Shown piece by piece: positions 1 through 10,876 of a DNA stretch of 64,000 nt. Below the pieces are notes generated by a model. It searched no databases, had not been told where the DNA came from, and saw nothing but the letters and a program-made list of their open reading frames with translations. This stretch comes from Bilabrum cf. latius (Eukaryota): positions 434,001 to 498,000 of the forward strand of contig OZ237767.1 in assembly GCA_965178125.1 (NCBI GenBank), read 5' to 3'. Each line of letters starts with the position of its first letter. The stretch's first letter is position 1. The position numbers and the translations under genes were made by a program.

Positions 1-303
1 GTGGGCGGGGCCGCGAGGATGGAGGCAGCCGCGCGGGCGAGCGGTTCGGGAGCTGCGGCGGGCGGCACGCCGGGTTCAGGCAAGAAGAGGAAGCTGCCAG
101 TCGGTGTGGTGCAGGGCAGCCCCCAGGCGGCTCTCGCGGCCGCGATGGCTGGGGGCGGATCGGGGCTGAAGAAGCTGAAGAAGGCCAAGGGGAAGGGGAA
201 TGGAAAGGCGGGAAGCTCGTCGCCGGCACAGCCCTCAGCCGCCTCGGAGCTACAGGCTGCGTTCAAGAAGAAGCTGAAGAAGACTGGCGGGGATGGCAAG
301 TGA
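1..303 (+). CDS. 3' end of a gene starting before the window; C-terminus has WH2-like actin-binding motifs
   Basis: Frame open from base 1 to TGA 301-303. Segments ALAAAMAGGGSGLKKLKK and ELQAAFKKKLKKT resemble the helix+LKKT WH2 pattern (by eye). Confidence 0.5.
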   Translation: MGGAARMEAAARASGSGAAAGGTPGSGKKRKLPVGVVQGSPQAALAAAMAGGGSGLKKLKKAKGKGNGKAGSSSPAQPSAASELQAAFKKKLKKTGGDGK

Positions 304-548
304 GCGATTTGAGGGGGCTGGCAACACTAAGTTGGTGTGACAAATATTTATTTTCCGTGTTCGTGTTTGGACTGATGGATGCCGTACTCCAATGGCAATG
401 TAGAGCTACCAGTAGCACAGGATCGGTTTCAGTTCCGGTTCCGGCCGCGCCGGCGGTGGGGAACGTTCCAGGAATGGCATGCGACTGTCAGGATTTCTAT
501 ACGGGAAAGTCCGTTTGAACATCGGCTCAGGCGCAACAGACCGCTGCA

Positions 549-1079
549 ATGGGAGCAGGAACATCAATCCCAAATGAACTAGTGGAGCTGTCCTACCGCG
601 CGGGCGATGAGCCGGTGAACCACGTGGACTCGGGGCGGTATCAGTGGCACAGTGCGCAACAGGATGTATTTGAGTGGCCGACATCCGAGGATATACAAGA
701 TGTCATAGACACGGCAAGGGTGTTTACACTTGCAGACGCTGATAACATGCATCTAGAGGCTAATGGCAGTGCGATATGGGTCCCATGTGGTGGCGGTGCA
801 CGCTCGAGGCAAGGCATCCAAGACACTACTGGAGCGACAGAAGTACGACAAGCAACACAAGGGGGCATTTTACCTACTATAGTATGTGTTGGAGGTGGAA
901 TTGTGGTCGGAGCAGCTGGGGGTGCCCTCATTGGCGCGGGCATCGCTACTTTTGCTGGTGTCTTCGGGATCGCGGTCGCAACAGGTGCCGTCGCATACCC
1001 AGTCGGTGGGTTCGGCGCACTTGTTGGAGGGTACTGGACTTGCCTTGCTGCTGGCTGTGGTGACTCTCAATGCGAATGA
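549..1079 (+). CDS. Small protein with MGxxxS N-terminus and C-terminal glycine-zipper hydrophobic region
   Basis: ATG 549 to TGA 1077-1079. Starts MGAGTS; C-terminal half is GxxxG-rich (VCVGGGIVVGAAGGALIGAGIATFAGVFG...GGFGALVGGYWTC). Confidence 0.55.
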   Translation: MGAGTSIPNELVELSYRAGDEPVNHVDSGRYQWHSAQQDVFEWPTSEDIQDVIDTARVFTLADADNMHLEANGSAIWVPCGGGARSRQGIQDTTGATEVRQATQGGILPTIVCVGGGIVVGAAGGALIGAGIATFAGVFGIAVATGAVAYPVGGFGALVGGYWTCLAAGCGDSQCE

Positions 1080-1280
1080 TTCTTTTCTTGCGTGCGTTGC
1101 CTCGAAGACTTCATCAAGGCGGCATCGCTCTACTGCACAAGCTTTCGAATCCCACTAGCGCGACCACTAGCACACGTGGTACCAAAGTGCGGACCATGTA
1201 TGTTTGTTGACCCGAAAGTCGTCCAAATATTGGCCCACTAGGCTCAAATAGCCCTCTACTCCACTGCTATTCCTGTTGCA

Positions 1281-1787
1281 ATGTTCCGGTATCGGGTCTG
1301 GACAGGTGGAGAATCGACGCACAAAACACTTCCGTGTTCGCATACCACGCACGGTTCTGGTATTGCAATGGAGCCGCAACAGATCAGCGGTACTGACATG
1401 CAGTCCAATCCAGCGGGTCTTTCCGGTAGATCGCTTCCTGTACTGCAGAACGCGGATGAGCAAGTTGCCTGGCCTGAGGCAGAGCAGGAGAACAACAAGG
1501 TTGACATCCGGCAGAAAAAACGCCAGCCAAAACAGTCACGCAGACGCCAAGAAAGAGCAGGAATCCATGGTGGTTAGCGGGGAGGCGAGGAGCCGAAGCT
1601 GCCATAGGCTGGTGCCGGAGTAGATCTGGGTATCCTACATTTCATTCTGACACTATTTGTTGCGGTTGTGCTGCTTCTTTATGTAACTTATAGTGTAGTA
1701 TGGCCAGAACAACTGTGTAGCGCGTGCCGATGCAATGAAGGTGGATCAACTAAGTAGCAAAGTGGTAGCGTAGTTGACGAGAACTGA
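1281..1787 (+). CDS. Hypothetical single-pass membrane protein (visible only with TAG=Gln)
   Basis: Frame reads through three TAGs (first at 1575) into a hydrophobic helix GILHFILTLFVAVVLLLYVTYSVVW and ends at TGA 1785-1787. Start may be ATG 1368. Confidence 0.45.
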
Positions 1788-2107
1788 TGGGACGGACAAC
1801 GAGGGGAACCGGGTCAGAAGATTTGAAGCGACACAATGAGATAGTACGTCGTATGAGATGGGGACGCAATGGAAAAGGGAAGTATTGAGCCAATTCTATG
1901 GCCTTTGCGGCCTGAGATATGCGTGTGACGCCGTCGGCGACTCGGATCGTGTGGGAAGCAAGCGCGCCTTGCCTTCGCCTTGTGGCATTATGTAGCACGA
2001 GAGTATTGTGCAGGATTTGCCGCAAGAACCAAGTCGCATTTAGGATCGATCGGTTCTCACGAGCCCACTTGTGTTTGGAGGGCACTGGCGATACACCTCA
2101 ATAGATA

Positions 2108-2719
2108 TTGAACCGAGACTGCAGATCAGATTTGTTCCTTCAACCACACCCATTGGCCCGTCATTACGGCTGCTGCAATCCTCACTTGTTGATAGATACC
2201 AAAAAATAATTGCTGCCCCCGGTCCCGCGGACCCACTGGGCTTCACCCCGAACGACTGGTTCTTCACCAGTCCACCTGAATGCGGTTTTCATCTGACACT
2301 ACGAATGTACACGCCACTTTCCCAATGCACGCGACTGGCCTCGTTGCTACATGGCTTCCTGTTCCTGTTCCCCGCCCTAGGGACCGTGTGCTTTGCTCCC
2401 TGCATTGCCACCTTGGCCCTATCCTATCAGCTTGCACGCGCCGGTCCTGGCCGACCTGCCGTGCGCCCCATCTGTCCACCCGCCTGCTGGCCCTGCACGC
2501 TGCTGGCCATGCAGCCCGCTGCCACCCGCGTCTCCCTCGTGCCTTGCACCTGAAGCCCCCATTCCTCCCGTTGTGTTCTCCCTGTTGACACCGCACTGTC
2601 GTCGCCTGTGCCGGTGCCCCCCTCTTCTTCTCCACCTCCTGTCCTCCTGCACCCACCTCGTCTTCCGGCTTACCTCTGCTCCCTGTCGCTTCAATCCTGA
2701 TGTCCAAGTACATACAACA
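2108..2719 (+). repeat. ~610-bp element X, copy 1 (inverted copy at 11344-11950)
   Basis: TTGAACCGAGACTGCAGATCAG...GTACATACAACA matches the reverse complement of 11344-11950 with scattered substitutions; mirrored ORFs appear in the ORF track. Confidence 0.9.
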
Positions 2720-2726
2720 GATGCAT

Positions 2727-3552
2727 TCAATCTGTGCACCCGTCTGGCCCATCGATGGCGGCAAGCACCTGCTTGGCTATGCTTCTCACTGTTGATCCCT
2801 TGGCGAGCAACAAGCCCTCGACGTGCTCCCGAGCTCCTGCCTCCTGCAGCGCCCGCCGCGTAGAATGTTCCATCATAATCGCCTTGGATGAACTGTTTTT
2901 TACACCGCATACCTCAGCTTGTACGAGCCTCAGGATTGAAGAGAGCGCTCTCCCAACTCCTCTACCGGTAGCAGGCCTTTGGGTGGATACTAAAGTGCGG
3001 CTGCCTGCCTGCGCCGCTGATTTCAAGCCAGGCTGCACTTGTCCCCTTCTCCATTCTCGATGCACATTGGTTCCCACATCGATATCTGGCGCTTGCTACA
3101 ACGCATCCACGGCCCATTCAACTAGCCTTGCCACCCGTACGGGGCCTAGGACCTCCCATAGTTTGCGGCGAGCCCCCCGCTCGGACAGATCGGCAAGCTC
3201 ACCCAGGAGAATAGTGCCATCGTGCAGCACTTCCTTCTTTATCTGTCCAAGACGGCCTTCAGTTGTTGCGGTCATATCGCTGGCCTCCTCGACCTCAACT
3301 ACTGTTTCATGACTAGCCTCTTGCATGAGATCCCACGTCGCCCTGGCCAGCCCCTCCTGCAATACCATGGGCACGAGCACGTCCCTCCCCTACCCCCGGT
3401 GGGAAGAAACGGACAGGGCCTACCCGAGCACGTGCCGGCGCTACTCCCACCACTTTTGCTCGGCTCTTGCTAAGCTATTTTGATTTGTTGCGTCTACAGA
3501 GTGGAGGAAATTTCGGACCACTGACAGGCACCCGATGAGCCACGACGAATGG
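2727..3552 (-). pseudogene. 3' part of host gene (paralog 1) interrupted by the Ngaro insertion
   Basis: Frame open (TAG=Gln) from the element edge to TGA 2727-2729. Ends EAGAREHVEGLLLAKGSTVRSIAKQVLAAIDGPDGCTD, nearly the same as the paralog at 12036-13730. Confidence 0.85.
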
Positions 3553-3813
3553 TGGTATTAAGGAGACAGAGTCTGATTCGTTGTTGACGTCAAATGAGAT
3601 GATAAGCGTCTGTGCGATGAGGATGGCTCTGCGAAGAAGGAGAACGCCGCAACACCTTGTCCGTAGGTGGGAAGAGGAATTGTAGCGTTAGACATCGTAA
3701 TCTGATTAACGGAAGAGGCAGGCCACGAAGAGTGGAGGTTGGCATTTCTCCAGTCAATCGCCTCCATTCGGGGTGGAAGAGCTCAGGACTGACAGATCGT
3801 CTTGAATTCTTTT
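3553..3813 (+). repeat. Ngaro split direct repeat A1 (261 bp)
   Basis: TGGTATTAAGGAGACAG...CTTGAATTCTTTT; identical by eye to 10014-10274 (offset 6461). Confidence 0.95.
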
Positions 3814-3825
3814 TGTTGTGGTCTC

Positions 3826-5955
3826 ATGGCTTCGGGTGCGGGTGCAGATACAGTTCAGCCGGAGCGCTAGGGCGTGATGGCGCGGCTTCAGCAGTTTTGG
3901 CGTGGCATTTTCACGACGTTGGCCTTGAAAGAACCCGGTTTTCAACGTGCTATTTTCCTTTTTGAGGCATGCTTTGGGGCCTTGTCTGCTCCAATGCAAT
4001 GGGCATCGGTGACCGGAGTGTGTGGGTTTACCGCAGAGCGGCTTCTCGCGCTAGAGGCGCAGTGGAACGAGGCCATCAAAGGCGTACGGCGTGGGTCTCC
4101 GAAGCGCGCACAGATAATTGAATCAATGATTCGATACTTGTTGACAGCGGTGGTCACCATGAAGGGCGTGCATGGACAACCCTATTCCACGGTTCTGCCT
4201 GACTCCTTCCCGTCCTTCGCATCCTGGCTTGAACTTCCTGAGCCGACCGCAACGGCGCAGGACTCGGACACCTTCGTACTGTCTCGCAAGGCGGAGGATG
4301 CCTACGCACATGCGCACGCCGGGAGCGCGGTGTCGACCTCAAGCGCCCCGGCAGCAGGGGCTGCGGGTGGAGCTGTGGGTGGAGCTTCAGCAGGTGCCGG
4401 TGCCAGGCCTCGTGCCGGCAGCCGGCCGCGGACGGCAGGCCGAGCACCGGCCCGGCAGCCGCTGGGGTCAATTCCCCTCGATCAATCCCTTGCACACGCT
4501 CCAGGCAGTGCCCCCGGGCCTGCAGCGAGCCTTGGCGGCCTGGCGGCAGTGCCCAGCGAGTGGAGCGCTGCGGTGCGAGCGTGGCTGCATCCCTGGACGG
4601 CTGAGCGGCAGTAGGCCCTGAAGGAGACCGAGGACGAACAGATGCGTCTGTCGATGGCCGTAGAGGCTGCGTTGTTGGCAGCGGGAGGATGGCCGGAGGC
4701 GGACTCCACTCTCCGCGCCCTCGATGGGGCCATGACGAAGCAGCTGCTGGCGCTGGGACGGCGCATGCAGCATGCACCACAGAGCCAAGAGCACGCCATT
4801 ATATTGGCGATCGCGTTCCTCGAACGGGTGACGCATGAGCAGCAGCGAGCCGCCGAATCAGGCTTGGAGATGCCGGCTCTCCACCAGGTGGTCGCACTCG
4901 TCAGGCGCCATGCCAAGGAGCGGAAGCTACCGGCGGCCACGGGTGCGGGTGCAGCTGACCCGGGTGAGTCCTTGGTGCGTGGTGTGGTGTAGTCTGATGT
5001 GGTGTAGTCTGCGTTTGTCCCCGCTTCGTTACTCCGTGATCACGGGCCAGGCCAAATCAAAGCCACTGAGTTCCGGGGGATGTTCGTTCAGATCGCGAAG
5101 GCGGAGCTGATTGCAGCACTGCAGGCGAGCAGCGACTGCCCCCCGCGGATGTCGTTAGCAGCTACCTCCAAGTACCTTACGAAGGCGGCAGGCATCTTGG
5201 CCTCGGCAATCACCGGGGATGACGAGCGCATCAAGAAGAGCTGGGCAGACCTGCTCCAGCTCAAGAGCGATGATCCGCTATTTCCTGATCTCGCGGTGCC
5301 CAGACATGAGGACTTGGTGCACCCTCGGCCGTTCGCGCTGTTCACCTACGCACTGGTGCGGGCATATGCACGGGCGGTTACAGCAGTGGTGGAAACGTAC
5401 GCCACGTCAGGACCTGCCTGGCCGACCCCACCGGCCCAGTCGATGTCGCCGTACAGGCCTGAGGCGGATGTGGAGGAGTTTCATGCCGGTGCGACAGCAA
5501 TCACGCAGTCCCTGGCGTCCTGGGGCAGGCAGCTGTGGAAGCTGCAGCTTCTGGCGCGCACTGCAGGCGGCAGCTTCGGCACAGGGCTCCAGACGTCTCG
5601 TGCAGCAGCGAAGGACGTGTTCACTGCCATCGTGCTGACCGCGCAGGGCAAGATGGGAATCGCAGTGCCAGCGATTCGCACCAACAGTCAGGCCGATATG
5701 ATGGCGGCGAGGGACCAGGTGCACACGCTGATCACGGCGTACCTCAAGGGCGATGACCTTGAGGACTCTGACCCGCTTGAAGGCGTGGAGCCTGGCCGCG
5801 TAGTGCAGGTCATCCGTGCGTGCTTGTGCCCAGAGGGCCCGCACGGCATCGGACCAGCACTGCTGAGCAGCACGCCACAGGGCCAAGCACTCGGGACGGC
5901 GGCGGCAGTGGCCCAACTGGAGAAGACCATCGAGCTCGCCCAGGGCTCCTCATGA
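3826..5955 (+). CDS. Ngaro ORF1 (gag-like by position), ~709 aa with TAG=Gln
   Basis: ATG 3826 just inside A1; in-frame TAGs at 3868, 4612, 4990 and 5005 join track ORFs 3874, 4642 and 5080; ends TGA 5953-5955. No recognisable zinc knuckle. Confidence 0.75.
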
Positions 5956-8937
5956 AGGCCAGCACGCCCGTGCCGCCACAGCAGGTGGCGGCCGGGCAGG
6001 CCTTCAAGGAGACGGCGGCGCCTCTACACGCAGGAGAGGCGCCGCCTCCGGCGACTACATGCACGGCGCCTGGAGCAGGGGCTCAAACGCTGTGTTCGGG
6101 AATGGAGGCGGGGCCGTGCTAGAGGACTTCTCTCACCTCTGGTACAACAGGGCCTGTCCTCCCGTGGGTAGGATTGTGCGCCGGTCGCTTCGGTGACCGG
6201 CTTCTCGGGATGGCTTCAGCAACGGACAGTTGGGTCGGGGAACACTCAACAGCTGAATGAGGAGCGGAACGTACACGACGGCAGTTTCGGACGGCAGGAC
6301 GTGGTCACTAATGCAATTGGGCAGCGGTGGTCACAGTAGCCACGACGTCATCGTCAAGTCAGCGGGGAAGTACCAGCGGAGGGTGCAGCAGCAGTGCATG
6401 CGGCCCAGGAGATCCGTGTCAGCTACCCTGCAGCATCGACTACGTCAGCAGCGTTACCAAGGCTTCGTCCACGCACCCCTACGCCACGGGTGCGCGACCA
6501 GGGCCAACGTGACCCTGACTGGCAGCTCTGCAAGCCAGTAGTGGACCGTAAGCGGCCCCTGCTGTCCTTCGCAGCGTGTCAGGTGCTACATCGAGGCATC
6601 GGGAACAATCAATCCCACGCCTTGGTGGATCCCACTGCCGGGGGCAGTGGTTGGGTCCTCCGAGCCTGGAGCTCGGAGAGGTAGGGCGTGAGTTCAGATC
6701 TGAGCAGTTCTCCATCGGAGGAGGACGAGCTGCTGGGCTCAAGCCAAGGAAATACGTGGGGCACTTCAGACTGGGCCGAATGGCTATCCGCCTCGTCTGT
6801 CGTGCCAGTGGAACCGTGGGTTCCTAGCAGTTGGGATGACTCAGCTGCGCCATCGCAAACGTGGGCAGCCTGGATGCGATCCATGCAGGATGCGGAGGGG
6901 CGCAGTCGTGCCAGAGAGGCACCGCCAGCGCTTGGTAGACAGCACCAGCGACTGGTGGCCCACCTGACAGCGGACCCCATGGTGCTCACGGGTGACCCCG
7001 AAGCAGCACGCGCCACCAGAGCGAAGCAGGTGCAGTGGGCTACGTACCTGCGTGCAGCGTGCCCGCCTCGTACCTTCCGAGCCAAGGACTGGAAGGCCAT
7101 GTCACCGGCTGAGCGGACGCTGTGTGGATTTGCCCACGGTTTCCCGATGGGCCGCACAGCAGCTGTCCAGCAGCAGGTCAAGCTGCCGACAAACTCCATC
7201 CCGACTGAGGCTGAGGCTGCAGTGCACTGCGAGCTGGGAGCCAGCCTGCGTGAGTCGCGTAGGTTGGCCATCGCAGCGTCATCTGCACCGAGCACCCCGG
7301 TAAGCGCGGTGGTTGCGATCCCTAAGAAGAAGGTTGGCGACTATCGGCTCTTGGTAGATGCATCGGACAAGCGGGCGGGTACCCTGTTGGGGGCCAACGT
7401 GGCAGTCGAATACGAGCGCTGGACGAGTGCCCCGATGGCATCGATCGGCGAGCTGATGCGCAAGGCCGTGCGCATCTCGCAGCACACCTCCGAGCCCCTG
7501 GCGGGCCTGACAATTGACCTCAGCAAGGCCTTCTGGCAGTTCCCGCTGGCTGTTGGTGACATTCCGTATCAGCAATTGCGCATCGGCGACATGGTGCTGC
7601 TCGGCACGCGCCTCGGCATGGGCAACAAGAGCAGCCCTGGTCACGTCACCACGGCGACGACATGCTTCGGTGACGCCTTTGAGGAGCGCTGGAATTCCGA
7701 TCCTGTGCGGCCCACGACTGCAACGTCGACCTTCGTGGATGATTTTGGTTTAGTGGCACCGTTGACGCGGATTGACCACTTGGCCATGCAGTTCGTGCAT
7801 GATGCTGCGCGAGTGGGCCTCCAAGTCAGCGAGTCGAAAGCACTGGAAGTGGGCACCCCGGGCCCTCGGTTCGATTTCCTAGGGTACACGGTAGCGCTGG
7901 ATGAGTTCAAGGTGTACGTGCAGCCGTCCAAGGTCACGAAGGCGGTCGGGCTCATTGACGGCATCTTGGGGGCCACCCAGGCTGGGATCCGTCGGTCAAC
8001 GGGAGAATCGCTGGTGGGCCTGCTGTGCTACGTGGCAGAAGCCATCCTGCCTGCCAAACCGCGCTGCAGACCTCTGTTCTCGTGGCTGCATGCCAACGAG
8101 CACGCCTCGGTACTCTCCGTTCCAGCCGAGGTTCAGAGGACCCTGCGATGGTGGCGACATGCCCTGCTGCACCAGGATGGCCGCTCGTTCCCGCGACAGC
8201 ACGATCCCGAACGCGATCCAGTGATGTTCACGGACGCATCGCTGCATGGATGGGGTGGCTACTTGGTCTGGCCCTCAGGTGCCACGTAGGCCATCTACGG
8301 CACGTGGCCGGATTCTACCTGCCTACTGTCCAACGACATCTCGGCTCTCGAACTCGGATGCATTGAGATCCTGTGTGATCATTGGAAGAACGAACTGCGG
8401 GGACATGTGTTGCTTGTGCGGTGTGACAACTCCGCCTCTGTGCATTGTTTGCGTCGTGGGTTTTGTCGTAGTGTCCGCATGGCTCGCATCCTCGCTGACC
8501 TGTTCACCACCCTCTGCTCCCACGACGTGTAGGTTTGGAGCCGGCACATACCAGGGTTAGAGAACACCTGGGCCGACCGCTTGTCCAGGGAAGGTCACCC
8601 GACAAACTTGCCGCCGCACTGGGAATCGGTGAGGGAGCTCCCGACGCCTACGAGGACTTGGTTGAACTTGCGGCCATCAAGGCCGCCTCGAGCATCGAGG
8701 CGAATGGCACCACGGCACTTCGGCACTGGGCAGCGTACGGCCGCAGATACGGCCTCGACCTGGCGCCACCGGCCTTTGGCTCCATCGGTCCGGCACGCAA
8801 CGAGGCCTTCGAAGTGGAACTCGGCAGATTCATCACGTACGTGGCGGCGGCCGAGCCGGGCATCAGCGGCGCCTCCGCAAGCCAGTACGCAGCGCAAGTG
8901 GCGTCCTTGTACAAACGACTAGGAGGAGTCGCAGTAA
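5956..8937 (+). CDS. pol: Ngaro ORF2: reverse transcriptase + RNase H (start uncertain; first ATG 6874)
   Basis: RT motifs YRLLVD, IDLSKAFWQ, LGMGNKSSP, FVDD, FLGY. RNase H motifs FTDAS..WGG, ISALE, CDNS, HIPGLENTWADRLSR lie across TAGs at 8287 and 8530. Ends TAA 8935-8937. Confidence 0.92.
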
Positions 8938-9785
8938 AAGGACTCGGTGACTTTGGCCATGCAGTGGCCAGGCACTACACGGCAGCCAAGCCAACCCTTG
9001 CGAGTCTGCACCGCACGCCCATCCCGTTGTCGGCAGTGCGGCGCTTCTTTGAGTTCCAGCCATCCACCCCCGGCGAAAGTGCGGCCTAGTTGGCGGGTGC
9101 ACTGGCCTTTGGGGGGACCATGCGCCTGGGCGAGGCCACCGGAGAGGCACGGGCTGCCTCTGACCCGCATCGCCTCAGGCATGTATCCTGGGCAATCGAG
9201 GACAATCAGGTGATCAGCTGCTCCCTGCACCTGCGGTTCACCAAGGCGGGTGGACCAGCCACGGTGGCTATTGCAGCCCGATCCCCTGTGTAGGTGGACA
9301 AAGGCGGGGTACAGGGCAGCACATGCTGCCCTGTTTACCTTCTCGTCCGGCACGTCGTGACAAGGTTGACCTCGGCGGGAATCCCGGTCACCTCGCCCCA
9401 CCACCTGCACAACGCCTGCCAGAACAGTCAGGTGTTGTTGTTCCCGGAGATCGCATCGCAAGGTCGCCGTAAGACGCGGCACATCGTCGCAGCCGATGTC
9501 GTACGCCTGGTGCGGAGCTGTGCAAGCCACCACGATGATGCGAGTGGGTGGCATGGGCACAGTTTCCGCATCACCAGCACCACCACAATGGTGCGACTGG
9601 GCATCGAGCACGGCATTGTGCAGCGTCTTGGACGGTGGGCTTCCACCAAGAGCATGAACACCTACATCCGGCAGGAGGCCGACGGGCTGCCAGCGATCGA
9701 TATTGGTTGGACGCACCTTGAGCTGCAGCGAGCACCACAGGCGGCGCTGCTCGAGGCGGTGGCCCAAGCTCGGGCGTCCGACTAA
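8499..9785 (+). CDS. Ngaro ORF3: tyrosine recombinase (start uncertain)
   Basis: Track ORFs 8535, 9090 and 9294 share one frame joined by TAGs at 9087 and 9291. Catalytic pattern GTMRLGE (R), HSFR (HxxR), LGRWAS (W), MNTY (Y). Ends TAA 9783-9785. Confidence 0.9.
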
Positions 9786-9867
9786 TCCCAACTAACTTGG
9801 AGACACTTTACTTTGCTTCAACGAGACCACCCTCTGCAACCTCCCGTAAGGAAGATATGGTAAGACA

Positions 9868-10013
9868 TGGAGAATTCGTTGTGTGTCTCCGCTGGTGGAC
9901 AAATCCATCGGTGGATTCAGGCACATGGCGACGGCTCTGTGTTCGATGCCATGTCTGGTTGTATTTGGGTGGTTGAGTCTGTAAAAGAAGCTTTCATGGA
10001 AGTCACGATGTCA
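9868..10013 (+). repeat. Ngaro split direct repeat B1 (146 bp)
   Basis: TGGAGAATTCGTTG...CACGATGTCA; identical by eye to 10291-10436; abuts A2. Confidence 0.95.
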
Positions 10014-10274
10014 TGGTATTAAGGAGACAGAGTCTGATTCGTTGTTGACGTCAAATGAGATGATAAGCGTCTGTGCGATGAGGATGGCTCTGCGAAGAAG
10101 GAGAACGCCGCAACACCTTGTCCGTAGGTGGGAAGAGGAATTGTAGCGTTAGACATCGTAATCTGATTAACGGAAGAGGCAGGCCACGAAGAGTGGAGGT
10201 TGGCATTTCTCCAGTCAATCGCCTCCATTCGGGGTGGAAGAGCTCAGGACTGACAGATCGTCTTGAATTCTTTT
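10014..10274 (+). repeat. Ngaro split direct repeat A2
   Basis: Copy of 3553-3813. Confidence 0.95.
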
Positions 10275-10290
10275 CCCACCCGCCCGGGCC

Positions 10291-10436
10291 TGGAGAATTC
10301 GTTGTGTGTCTCCGCTGGTGGACAAATCCATCGGTGGATTCAGGCACATGGCGACGGCTCTGTGTTCGATGCCATGTCTGGTTGTATTTGGGTGGTTGAG
10401 TCTGTAAAAGAAGCTTTCATGGAAGTCACGATGTCA
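10291..10436 (+). repeat. Ngaro split direct repeat B2 (element 3' end)
   Basis: Copy of 9868-10013; separated from A2 by the 16-bp spacer CCCACCCGCCCGGGCC. Confidence 0.95.
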
Positions 10437-10876
10437 CTACTAGTAGTACGGGAGGAACCACTGGGCGGGCCCTCTCCCTCGCCGACGGCCAAGGACCTTC
10501 TCATAGACCGTAAGGCCTCTCGAAGAATTTCATTGTCTGAACGACCTTCCAGGATCGCTACTGGTTCTGCTCGCGAAATCTCACGGTGTGCTCCGGAAGG
10601 ATACTATCCTAAGATGCAAGAATGTGCTACTTGCATGGCGATATGGCTCCCGTGATTGCCTATCTGTCCCACATGGACATTCGAGGAGGCGCTTATTAGT
10701 CCTATTATGCTCCTGCCACAGCTTGCATCGATGCTGGGCAAAAGAAATAGGCCGTGATGCTGTGATCGCTCACCCATCTACGCTTGAACTGTTGCAAGCC
10801 CCATGGCTCCGATGATTAGCAGCACAACACCAGTGTGGATACTGGACCCCTAGACTGGATCTAATGAGCTCCTCAT
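10437..10876 (-). pseudogene. 5' part of host gene (paralog 1) interrupted by the Ngaro insertion
   Basis: ATG 10876, MRSSLDPVQGSSIHTGVVLLIIGAMGLA...ILEGRSDNEILREALRSMRRSLAV, aligns with paralog ILYGRSENEILREAVRSMRRTVAV. Joins 3552 in frame if the element is removed. Confidence 0.85.

Larger units (their letters stand above)
3553..10436 (+). mobile_element. Ngaro-type (DIRS order) tyrosine-recombinase retrotransposon, 6884 bp
   Basis: Split direct repeats A1...B1-A2-B2 enclose gag-like, RT/RNase H and tyrosine recombinase ORFs; no target-site duplication. Confidence 0.95.

Noticed and set aside
3553-10274. LTR retrotransposon with A1/A2 as LTRs
   Set aside because: The second repeat pair B1/B2, a tyrosine recombinase instead of a DDE integrase, and the absence of a TSD indicate Ngaro.
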